Source: Candidatus Binatus sp. (lineage in GTDB: Bacteria; Desulfobacterota; Binatia; Binatales; Binataceae). Taken from it: a stretch of 39,665 nucleotides of DNA. The DNA is taken from the NCBI GenBank assembly GCA_049590495.1, contig JBAWCX010000316.1:1-39665 (forward strand), written 5' to 3'. Position numbers and translations under genes: made by a program. A model generated the notes under the pieces. It searched no databases and was not told the origin of the DNA. It saw only the letters and a program-made list of their open reading frames with translations. Of this stretch, positions 1 to 8,041 are shown one piece after another (within the stretch, counting starts at the first letter, position 1; each line of letters begins with the position of its first letter).

Positions 1-867
1 GACGTATGTAATGCGGCCTTGAATCGCTCGCCGCCGGAACTGGTCAAGTTCCGCCGCGGTATCATCGTCGAAATAGCCGCGCGGCATCTCGGGGTATGTA
101 TCTCTCTCTCGCGCGACAAACTCGCGGATGTCTCTGCGATATTCTCGGAACAGTGCCTCGGGGTCATATTCCGGATGGCCTTGCAGATAGATCGAGAGAC
201 TCCTTCTCCTCTGCTTGACGAACGTATCGGCACCCACCTCGGGCGATCTCGACAAAATGCAATAGTCTTTCGAAAGGAGCTCCTCCACAGGTAGATCGTT
301 GTATCTCGAATGCGGCACGCGCCATTGAGGTGCACTACCGGATACGATTTCGTGGTTCGCGACCCTCGCGCACTCGAACACGCCCGAAAGCTTCTCGCTG
401 AGCGGCCGCCGCTGTATTCCGTCCCAATGAAGGACGGCGGCGTGCGCTGCAAGACACGACCAGATCGTCGAAGTGGTATGGTCTTCTGCCCAATCCACGA
501 CTTTAGTTATGGTGGACCAATAGGGTTCGTCAGACAGCACTGCTGCGCGCGGCTCCGCGCCGGTGACTATCAGGCCGTCGAGACGGTCTGCGAACATCTC
601 GCCGACATCCTCGTAGTGTTGACTCACATACGCGAGGCCCGCCTCCGAACGCCGGAGCTGCGGCATCGCGAAGAACCTCACCAAAATCAAAAGATCTCGC
701 GAGGCTTCGTCAATGAGCTTGCAGAATTGACGCTCGGTAGCTTGCAGCGCGGCGTCGGGCATGTTATTGACCAGCCCGATCACGAGGGGGGCATTGTCGC
801 GGAGCTGCAGCCCGCGGGTGACATCCCTCAGCGCAGCCCTGACTGGCCCCGACTGTATCTTGACCAT
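1..867 (-). CDS. metA: homoserine O-acyltransferase, MetA/HTS family (C-terminus cut by window edge)
   Basis: Absent from the ORF track because it runs off the left edge. The reverse frame is open from ATG (plus-strand CAT 865-867) to base 1: 289 codons, checked triplet by triplet, with an in-frame upstream stop at 889-891. The translation MVKIQSGPVRAALRDV..LVIGLVNNMPDAAL..DGLIVTGAEP..STIWSCLAAHAA..KLSGVFE..PHSRYN..LQGHPEYD carries MetA family hallmarks. It starts 24 nt after the metY stop. Confidence 0.85.
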   Translation of the reverse strand, partial: MVKIQSGPVRAALRDVTRGLQLRDNAPLVIGLVNNMPDAALQATERQFCKLIDEASRDLLILVRFFAMPQLRRSEAGLAYVSQHYEDVGEMFADRLDGLIVTGAEPRAAVLSDEPYWSTITKVVDWAEDHTTSTIWSCLAAHAAVLHWDGIQRRPLSEKLSGVFECARVANHEIVSGSAPQWRVPHSRYNDLPVEELLSKDYCILSRSPEVGADTFVKQRRRSLSIYLQGHPEYDPEALFREYRRDIREFVARERDTYPEMPRGYFDDDTAAELDQFRRRAIQGRITYV

Positions 868-891
868 GATCTTCCCTACCGGCGGTCTACG

Positions 892-2187
892 CTACTTCGC
901 ATCGGCCAGCGCCTGATCGAGATCGGCGGTGATGTCGTCGGCGTGCTCGATTCCAATACTGAGCCTGATCATCTCCGGTGTGACGCCCGCCCGGCGCTGC
1001 TCCTCTGCAGACATCTGTCGATGCGTCGTCGAGGCCGGATGACATGCCAGTGATTTCGCGTCGCCAAGATTGACCAACCGCTTGATCAGCTTCAGCGCGT
1101 CGTAAAATCTGGCCGCCGCTTTGTATCCGCCTCGAACTCCGAAGGTCATCAGCGAGCAGGCCCGTCCGCCAAGATATTTGCGGGCGAGCGCGTGATACGG
1201 GTTGTCCTCGAACCCGACGTAGTTGACCCACTCGACCCGCTGGTCGTCGCGCAGGAATTCAGCGATCCGGCGTCCATTTTCGACGTGACGCTCGATTCGC
1301 AGGGCGACGGTCTCAATGCCCTGGAGCAACAGAAAAGCGCTCAGCGGCGATAGGACCGAGCCCATGGTCCGCTGATACACGGTTCGACAGCGCGCGATAT
1401 AGGCTGCTGCGCCAAAATGGTCGGTGTACACGAGACCGTGGTACGACGCGTCCGGCTCGCTGAACATCGGGAACCGATGGGCGTGCTCCAGCCAGGGGAA
1501 CTTGCCACTGTCGACGACGATCCCGCCCATCGTCGTGCCGTGCCCTCCCATAAATTTCGTCAAGGAGTGGATGACGATGTCGGCGCCGTAGTCGAACGGG
1601 CGCAGCAGAATTGGTGTTGCGACCGTGTTGTCGACGATCAAGGGGACACCATGCTTGTGGGCTACCTTTGCTAGCCCCTCGAGGTCGCAGATGTTTCCCG
1701 CTGGATTCCCAACGCTCTCACAAAAGAGAGCGCGGGTATCCTTATCAACCAGTTTCTCGATCGCGGCAGGATGATCGCTCTCGGCAAATCGGGCGTTGAT
1801 CCCCAGTTGCGGCAGGACGTGCGCAAACAGAGTGTGGGTCGTTCCGTAAAGTTGCGGGACGGAGACGATGTTCGTGCCGTTCCTTGCTACGTTCAGAACG
1901 GAGTAGTGGAGGGCCGCCTGACCGCTGCTTACACTGAGCGCACCCACTCCTCCTTCAAGCGCGGCGATGCGCCGTTCGAGCACGTCGCAAGTCGGGTTGC
2001 TGATTCGGCTGTAACGATTTCCCTCGACCTCGAGGTTGAACAGAGCCGCGCCATGCTCAGCGCTGTCGAAGGCGTAGGCAACGGTCTGGTAGATTGGCAC
2101 GGCGACTGCCCTTGTCGTCGGATCGACCTCGTAGCCACCGTGGATGGCGAGCGTTTCGTTCCGCAAATTCCTCCGCGCAACTCCCAT
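892..2187 (-). CDS. metY: O-acetylhomoserine sulfhydrylase (Cys/Met-metabolism PLP-dependent enzyme)
   Basis: 431-aa ORF. It has the N-terminal ETLAIHGG motif and the PLP-lysine motif SLTKFMGGHG. Length and sequence are typical of MetY. It forms an operon with the downstream metA. Confidence 0.9.
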   Translation of the reverse strand: MGVARRNLRNETLAIHGGYEVDPTTRAVAVPIYQTVAYAFDSAEHGAALFNLEVEGNRYSRISNPTCDVLERRIAALEGGVGALSVSSGQAALHYSVLNVARNGTNIVSVPQLYGTTHTLFAHVLPQLGINARFAESDHPAAIEKLVDKDTRALFCESVGNPAGNICDLEGLAKVAHKHGVPLIVDNTVATPILLRPFDYGADIVIHSLTKFMGGHGTTMGGIVVDSGKFPWLEHAHRFPMFSEPDASYHGLVYTDHFGAAAYIARCRTVYQRTMGSVLSPLSAFLLLQGIETVALRIERHVENGRRIAEFLRDDQRVEWVNYVGFEDNPYHALARKYLGGRACSLMTFGVRGGYKAAARFYDALKLIKRLVNLGDAKSLACHPASTTHRQMSAEEQRRAGVTPEMIRLSIGIEHADDITADLDQALADAK

Positions 2188-2378
2188 TGGCCGATTTAGC
2201 GTGCAGGACGATTGTGCACGGAGTCGTCATGACGAATCCGATAATCTGCACCTGAGACCGCTCGCGTCAGGCTAAAAAAAGGTCTCGGTACGGTCTCGCT
2301 CCGAATAGATCGGATTGAAGTGGGCGCAGTTGGGGTCAGATTCACTCGCACGCGAGTGGCCTGCGCTACAACAGGATT

Positions 2379-3752
2379 GTGACAGGTGGTTCGGCGGAAT
2401 TAGCATCCGAGCTGGTCGAACCTATGACAGCCGTACGCGGGCGAATCCCACCGGGACCTGCTGGGAAATACAGCACGACTCAAGACCTTCTGCACTGGAT
2501 GGGCGATCAATTTGCGCAATACGGAGATATTTTCAAAGCCTCGATCTATGGCACCAGCGTGTATGCGAGCAGGGACCCTCAGCACGCTCAACACGTGCTT
2601 CGCGAGAACTCCCAGAACTACGTAAAAGGTCAGGCCATCAAACGCATCGCCTTGCTCCTTGGCAATGGACTTATGGTAAGCGAGGGGGAATTTTGGAAAA
2701 CCCAGCGCCGGTTGATCCAACCGTCGTTTCACCGCATCGCGATCGACGCGCTGACCAAGGTAATTGCCGCTTCAAACGTCGCGTTGCTTGCGAGGTGGGA
2801 GGGGGCCGCCCACAAAAAAGTCAGCGTCAACGTCACGCGCGACGTCAGCGGCATGGTCCTGGAGGTGGTGCTCATTTCCATCTTCGGAGCTGACTACGAA
2901 CAGGTGGCGCCGCATTTCAACATCCTCACCAGGGAATCGGCGCGCAACCTGGAGTTTGCGCAGGCATTCCGATCTTTGGAAAAGATCATCCTCGCGCTCG
3001 CCGCTCAAAGAACCAAAGAAAAGACAACGGCCACCGATATTCTTGGCATGCTCATGGAAGCGCGCGATCAGAAGAGTGGCCAAGCGATGAGCGATCGCCA
3101 ACTGGTAAACGAGATCAAGACGCTGATTGTCGCTGGACACGAAACCACTGCCAGTACCCTGAGTTGGGCCTGGTATCTGCTGTCGCAGCACCCAGAAGTC
3201 GAGAAAAAGCTGTCGCGTGAGCTAAGCGATTTGATCGGAGACGAGGCTCTCAAGCCGGATGATCTGACGAAATTTGTCTACGCACGCCGAGTCATCGACG
3301 AAGCGTTGCGGTTGTATCCAGCCGGCTGGCTGCTAACTCGCAGGGCGCTCAAGGACGATCGGCTGGATGACTACTTCGTCCCAGCCGGCACCGAGATTTA
3401 CATTTCACCCTATTTTATCCAACGGCACCCCGACCTGTGGGAGGACCCCGACCGCTTCAATCCCGATCGGTTCGGCCACGATCGTTCGCAGGAACGGCAT
3501 CCGCTAGCGATGTTTCCGTTTTCTGCGGGCCCGAGAAATTGCATCGGCGAAGTTTTCGCTCGGGTCGAGATGCAGATCCATCTGGTGATGATTGCGAGTC
3601 GAATCCGGATGCGCTTCGTTGAAAGAAATCCGCCCGAACTGGATGTTGGCGTGAATTTGCGAAGCAAACGTGATTTCATCATGAATCCAGAGCTAAAAGT
3701 TGGCGAATCGCCGATTGCGGGTTCAAGAGTCGGCGGAGCATCCCGCGTCTAG
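2379..3752 (+). CDS. cytochrome P450 monooxygenase (CYP4/CYP102-like fatty-acid hydroxylase type)
   Basis: 457-aa ORF. It has the I-helix LIVAGHETTAS, the ExxR motif (EALR) and the heme-thiolate loop FSAGPRNCIGEVFA. The listed start is GTG 2379; ATG 2424 (MTAVRG) is an alternative. Confidence 0.9.
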   Translation: MTGGSAELASELVEPMTAVRGRIPPGPAGKYSTTQDLLHWMGDQFAQYGDIFKASIYGTSVYASRDPQHAQHVLRENSQNYVKGQAIKRIALLLGNGLMVSEGEFWKTQRRLIQPSFHRIAIDALTKVIAASNVALLARWEGAAHKKVSVNVTRDVSGMVLEVVLISIFGADYEQVAPHFNILTRESARNLEFAQAFRSLEKIILALAAQRTKEKTTATDILGMLMEARDQKSGQAMSDRQLVNEIKTLIVAGHETTASTLSWAWYLLSQHPEVEKKLSRELSDLIGDEALKPDDLTKFVYARRVIDEALRLYPAGWLLTRRALKDDRLDDYFVPAGTEIYISPYFIQRHPDLWEDPDRFNPDRFGHDRSQERHPLAMFPFSAGPRNCIGEVFARVEMQIHLVMIASRIRMRFVERNPPELDVGVNLRSKRDFIMNPELKVGESPIAGSRVGGASRV

Positions 3753-3756
3753 CAAG

Positions 3757-5559
3757 ATGAAATCAGAATTCGGTCAACAGAGTAGCCGCAATTCCTCTCT
3801 TAAGGCGTGGGTGCGCGCACTCGGAATGATTGCATCTATAGCCGACAATCCGGCAGTTACGTTGCCGGTTCTCATCGATTCTTCGGTTGACCGCTATGGT
3901 ACTGCGCCCGCTCTTCTTTCTCTGAATGAAAGCCTGACCTATCGGGCGCTTGCGGAGCGATCGCATCGATATGCGCGGTGGGCACTTGGACAAGGGCTGT
4001 CGTTTGGCGATGTCGTGTGCCTCCTCATGCCGAATTGCCCGGAGTATGTGGCGATCTGGCTGGGGATCACGCGCGTCGGCGGTATCGTTTCGTTGCTCAA
4101 CACCAATCTGGTCGGAGATTCTCTTGCCTACGCCATCAATCTCGTGGCACCGAAGCACGTTATCGTCGCCGGCTCGTTGGTCGAAGCTTTAACAGCCGTC
4201 TTGCCGAAGATATCTCCTGAGGCTCAAATCTGGGCGTATGGCGAGAACAGTGCCGGGTTCTCGAGAATTGACCGCGAAATCGAACGTTCCACAGATGTTG
4301 GCCTCGCCGGTTCAGAGTACCGGCCGCCGACAATCTCAGACCGGGCGTTATACATCTATACCTCCGGGACTACGGGACTGCCCAAGGCCGTCAATGTCAG
4401 CCACGCTCGACTGATGCAATGGAGCCATTGGTTTGCTGGCATGATGGATACCCGTCCCGACGACCGGGTTTACAACTGCTTGCCTATGTATCACGGCGTC
4501 GGAGGTGTAGTGGCCATCGGAGCGGCGTTGGTTAGCGGCGGATCGGTAGTGCTGCGGGAAGGATTTTCGGCGAGCCGTTTCTGGGATGACGTCGTTGAAT
4601 CGAAGTGCACGATATTCCAGTACATCGGCGAGCTTTGCCGTTATCTCGTGAACACTGTGCCGCATTCACGGGAGGCGCAGCACCAGCTTAGATTGGCCTG
4701 TGGCAACGGGCTGGCCGCCGACGTGTGGGCGGAATTCCAGCGCCGTTTCCGTATTCCGCAGATCCTCGAGTTCTATGCCGCGACCGAAGGCAATTTCTCG
4801 CTTTTTAATTGCGAAGGCCGAGTCGGTGCGATCGGCAGGATACCCTCCTTCCTTCCGCAGCGTACATCGATAGCGCTGGTCAAGTTCGATCTCGAGACCC
4901 AGGAGCCGATACGCAACCAGGAGGGGTTCTGCATCCGCTGCTCAACCAACGAAGCTGGTGAAGCCATCGGGCAGATACTCGACGACGGAGCGAGCGCAGC
5001 CGGCCGGTTTGAAGGCTATACGGACAAAGCCGCCACCGAAAAGAAGATCCTGCGCAACGTACTCGCGAAGGGCGACGCGTGGTTTCGGACCGGCGATCTT
5101 ATGCGGAGGGATGAGAGCGGATTCTTCTATTTCGTCGATCGGCTAGGCGATACGTTCCGCTGGAAAGGCGAGAATGTGTCGACCACCGAGGTCGCTGCGA
5201 CAGTCTGCGCGTATCCTGGGGTGATTGAAGCTGTAGCTTACGGAGTGACTGTTCCAGGCGCGGAAGGCCGTGCTGGGATGGTCGCGGCCGTGGTCGGCGA
5301 GGACTTCGATCTGATTGCGTTCCGCAAGCACCTGGTAGATCGCGTACCCGAATACGCGCGTCCTTTGTTCTTACGTATACGCGCGGAGATCGAGGCGACG
5401 ACGACATTCAAGCCGAAGAAGCACGAACTTGTGCGCGAGTCTTATGACCCGTCGGCTACCGCAGACCCGATCTACTTCAACGATCTGGTTAGACAGCGCT
5501 TCGTGAAAGTTGATGCAGAACTCTTTGAAAGCATTCAGTCCGATAAGATGCGGCTGTAA
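3757..5559 (+). CDS. FATP-type (very-)long-chain acyl-CoA synthetase
   Basis: The ORF is open from 3700, but ATG 3757 (MKSEFGQQ) lies 5 nt after the P450 stop. It has the AMP-binding A3 motif YIYTSGTTGLPKA, A5 FYAATEG, TGDLMRRD, and the FATP signature DRLGDTFRWKGENVSTTEV. Confidence 0.9.
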   Translation: MKSEFGQQSSRNSSLKAWVRALGMIASIADNPAVTLPVLIDSSVDRYGTAPALLSLNESLTYRALAERSHRYARWALGQGLSFGDVVCLLMPNCPEYVAIWLGITRVGGIVSLLNTNLVGDSLAYAINLVAPKHVIVAGSLVEALTAVLPKISPEAQIWAYGENSAGFSRIDREIERSTDVGLAGSEYRPPTISDRALYIYTSGTTGLPKAVNVSHARLMQWSHWFAGMMDTRPDDRVYNCLPMYHGVGGVVAIGAALVSGGSVVLREGFSASRFWDDVVESKCTIFQYIGELCRYLVNTVPHSREAQHQLRLACGNGLAADVWAEFQRRFRIPQILEFYAATEGNFSLFNCEGRVGAIGRIPSFLPQRTSIALVKFDLETQEPIRNQEGFCIRCSTNEAGEAIGQILDDGASAAGRFEGYTDKAATEKKILRNVLAKGDAWFRTGDLMRRDESGFFYFVDRLGDTFRWKGENVSTTEVAATVCAYPGVIEAVAYGVTVPGAEGRAGMVAAVVGEDFDLIAFRKHLVDRVPEYARPLFLRIRAEIEATTTFKPKKHELVRESYDPSATADPIYFNDLVRQRFVKVDAELFESIQSDKMRL

Positions 5560-5574
5560 GCACGTGCAGTAGGT

Positions 5575-6312
5575 CTAGGCAGTGTTACCTGCGTCTACCG
5601 TCAGGACGGTGCCGGTGATGTTTCTCGCTTTGTCGCTTAGAAGGAACTCTACCGCGTGGGCGACGTCATCTACTTCGGCAAGCCGCTGAAGCGCGCTGCG
5701 GCGCACGATCTGCTCGCGCTGTTGTCCGCTGATTTTCTCCGTCATCTCCGTATCCAGGAAGCCCGGTGCGACCGCGTTTACGTTGATACCCAAGGGGCCT
5801 ACTTCTCTTGCGAGAGATCGCGTGAAGCCGACTACTGATGCCTTGGTGGCGCTGTAGACGGAGAGGCCGCGGTAGCCGGTGAAGCCGACGATCGACGCAA
5901 CGTTCACGATCCGTCCGCCACCGTCGGCCATCATCGAACGCACCACGTGCTTCGTCAGGATGATTGGAGAGACAGTGTTCAGGAGCACAAGCCGCTGGAT
6001 TTGCTTGTCGTGCATTGTGGCGAGGATGCCGCTGGCGCCTAGCGCGGCGTTGTTGACGAGTCCATGGATCGAACCGAGCTCCTTGCGTAGCTCTTTGACC
6101 AGGGTGGGAATGCCGGACGTATCTTCGAGGTCGAATGCCTTGAAGAGCAGAGTACCCTGTTGGCGCCCGTTTCTTTGGCGCATCGCGCATGTTAGCTGCT
6201 CGTTTCCGGCGCGCGCGATGGCTATGACCTGGTAGCCGGCAACCACCAGGTTATGCGCAATCGCGAGGCCCAACCCTCGACTGCCACCGGACACGATAAC
6301 GTTTTTTTCCAT
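5575..6312 (-). CDS. short-chain dehydrogenase/reductase, FabG-like 3-oxoacyl reductase
   Basis: Motifs are MEKNVIVSGGSRGLGLAIA (TGxxxGxG), VNNAA and YSATKAS (YxxxK). The start ATG at 6310-6312 overlaps the upstream stop TGA (6312-6314, ATGA overlap). The longer track ORF to 6408 is unlikely. Confidence 0.88.
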   Translation of the reverse strand: MEKNVIVSGGSRGLGLAIAHNLVVAGYQVIAIARAGNEQLTCAMRQRNGRQQGTLLFKAFDLEDTSGIPTLVKELRKELGSIHGLVNNAALGASGILATMHDKQIQRLVLLNTVSPIILTKHVVRSMMADGGGRIVNVASIVGFTGYRGLSVYSATKASVVGFTRSLAREVGPLGINVNAVAPGFLDTEMTEKISGQQREQIVRRSALQRLAEVDDVAHAVEFLLSDKARNITGTVLTVDAGNTA

Positions 6313-7691
6313 CAGAGACGCGCCAACTTTCCAGACGGCGCGACCTCGAGCGACGGAACGAACCGGACCTGAGCCGGCACCTTGTATGAAGCCAGCGCGC
6401 GACGGCACGATTCGAGAATGTCGTTCTTGAGCAGCTGAATGCCTTCGTCCGCTCCACTCCGGTTAGAGTCGAACTTGACGACGACATCGGCAACGACGAG
6501 CGCGCCCGTGATTGGGTTTTTGCGTCCTCTTACGAGTGACATCTGTACGCTCGGATGCCGGTTGATAACAGCCTCGACTTCTTCGGGATACACCTTGTGA
6601 CCGCCGACGTTGATGATCCCGTCCCTGCGGCCGGTAAAGTAATAGCGATCGCCACGCAACTCGACCATGTCGCGGGTGTCGACAAAGCCGTCGTCGCCGG
6701 CGATGGTCTCGGCGGGCTTCCCCAGGTAGCCGACTGCGTTTCGAGCCGAGCGGATCCGAAGCGAGTGACCCTCGATCTTCACTTCGACGTCCGCGCCTCT
6801 CTCGCCAATCAGAGATGCGGGAAACCCGGCGAGACCATCTGAGACATCGAAGCCGACTCCGGCCTCCGTCGAAGCGAAGGCATGGACGACACTGGCGTCC
6901 GGATAGAAGGTTCGCAAGCTGTCCAGTATCACCTGGTCCACTATCTCGCCCGACAGCCGGACGTATCGGGGTTTCATGTTGCGGGCCGAAGGACTCATCA
7001 GCGCCCGACGCCAATGTGACGGAGTCCCGGAAATATGCGTAACACCGTACGCACCAGCTCTGGCCAGGAAGTCCCCCATCGATTCCTCGGCGCTCGAGAG
7101 TACAAGAGATGCTCCGTCGAAAAGCGCGCGCAGAAGGATCTGCAGGCCGCCATAGCGTCGAATGTCATAGAAGGTGCTCCAAACGACCGAGCCGCCCAAC
7201 TGCTCGTCGCGCTTGATAGCACCGGTCAGACTCGACAACGTGTGCAATACCATCTTAGGCACGCCGGTGGTGCCGGAAGTAAGAAGAACCCATTCCGTTT
7301 GATGATTCTTGCTCCGATCGGAATCGTCGCGCATGAGCGCGCGGCTGCAGGTAACGAAGCATTTAATGCCCGCAATCCCGGCGGCAGGCTCAGGTTCATC
7401 GGACACCACGGCATCCACGCGGGCGGTTACGACGACGTAAGAAAGAAGCTCGCGCCGTAGATCGGGAGGGCAAAGAACCATTCGGCGGGCGATGCCATCG
7501 AGTTCGATGAGCGCCAACGCGGCAGTCAGCTGATCGCGCGTCGCGATGAGCACCGATCTGCCGCGCAAATCCTCGAGGCGCCCAGCCAGGCTCGAAACCC
7601 AGGCCAGATCTCCCAGAGGTACCGTTGCATTGGGACCGATAAGCGAGCAGCGCGAGAGACCTCGCTTAGCGCTCGGCAAGCCGACTGTCAC
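6312..7691 (-). CDS. adenylate-forming (ANL superfamily) acyl-CoA/acyl-ACP ligase
   Basis: 459 aa. Core motifs are A3 LLTSGTTGVPK, A5 FASTEAG, A8 GRRDGIINVGGHKVYPEEVE and A10 PSGKLAR. The GTG start at 7689-7691 overlaps the ACP stop (GTGA). Confidence 0.88.
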   Translation of the reverse strand: MTVGLPSAKRGLSRCSLIGPNATVPLGDLAWVSSLAGRLEDLRGRSVLIATRDQLTAALALIELDGIARRMVLCPPDLRRELLSYVVVTARVDAVVSDEPEPAAGIAGIKCFVTCSRALMRDDSDRSKNHQTEWVLLTSGTTGVPKMVLHTLSSLTGAIKRDEQLGGSVVWSTFYDIRRYGGLQILLRALFDGASLVLSSAEESMGDFLARAGAYGVTHISGTPSHWRRALMSPSARNMKPRYVRLSGEIVDQVILDSLRTFYPDASVVHAFASTEAGVGFDVSDGLAGFPASLIGERGADVEVKIEGHSLRIRSARNAVGYLGKPAETIAGDDGFVDTRDMVELRGDRYYFTGRRDGIINVGGHKVYPEEVEAVINRHPSVQMSLVRGRKNPITGALVVADVVVKFDSNRSGADEGIQLLKNDILESCRRALASYKVPAQVRFVPSLEVAPSGKLARL

Positions 7692-7933
7692 CTTGCGCCA
7701 TCCTCGTAAATCCTTATGAAATCGCTCAGCGTGACAGGAAATTCAAGGTCCTCGGATGCGGTAAAGGGATCAAATCCCAAATCATCCTCGAGCCGAGCGA
7801 CAATAACGGCAAAGCACAACGAATCTAGACCGGATTCCAGCAGCACCAGATCATCCGACAAGGGGGGCAATTTCTGATTCTGTTCTTTCGCGACTGATTC
7901 GAACTGAGAAATTATTTGAGATCTCACTGACAT
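7688..7933 (-). CDS. acyl carrier protein (stand-alone)
   Basis: 81 aa from ATG 7933 (MSVRSQIISQFE). It has the phosphopantetheine-attachment motif LESGLDSLCF, acidic character and a typical 4-helix length. The track ORF extends to 8005, but that N-terminus looks non-coding. Confidence 0.8.
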   Translation of the reverse strand: MSVRSQIISQFESVAKEQNQKLPPLSDDLVLLESGLDSLCFAVIVARLEDDLGFDPFTASEDLEFPVTLSDFIRIYEDGAR

Positions 7934-8041
7934 CCGATCAACCTTGGAGAAGCTCGGTGCAGAAACTGGACGTGGGCATCGGTTCATCTCAAGTGAAGGA
8001 TTCAAGATCTTTGATGAGTAGTGCCCTTCCGAACACCAAGG

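Noticed and set aside
310-1053. 247-aa plus-strand ORF (and the 91-aa ORF at 19-294).
   Set aside because: It lies fully antisense to the motif-rich metA and metY reading frames. The sequence is Arg/His/Cys-rich with no recognisable motif. This is the typical shadow ORF of a high-GC genome.
2188-2300. Possible SAM riboswitch or intrinsic terminator (GAGACC followed by T7 on the minus strand) in the metY leader.
   Set aside because: I could not match any SAM-I, SAM-II or SAM-IV consensus by eye. The T-run is not preceded by a complementary stem on that strand, because the neighbouring copies are direct rather than inverted. It is reported only as a repeat motif.
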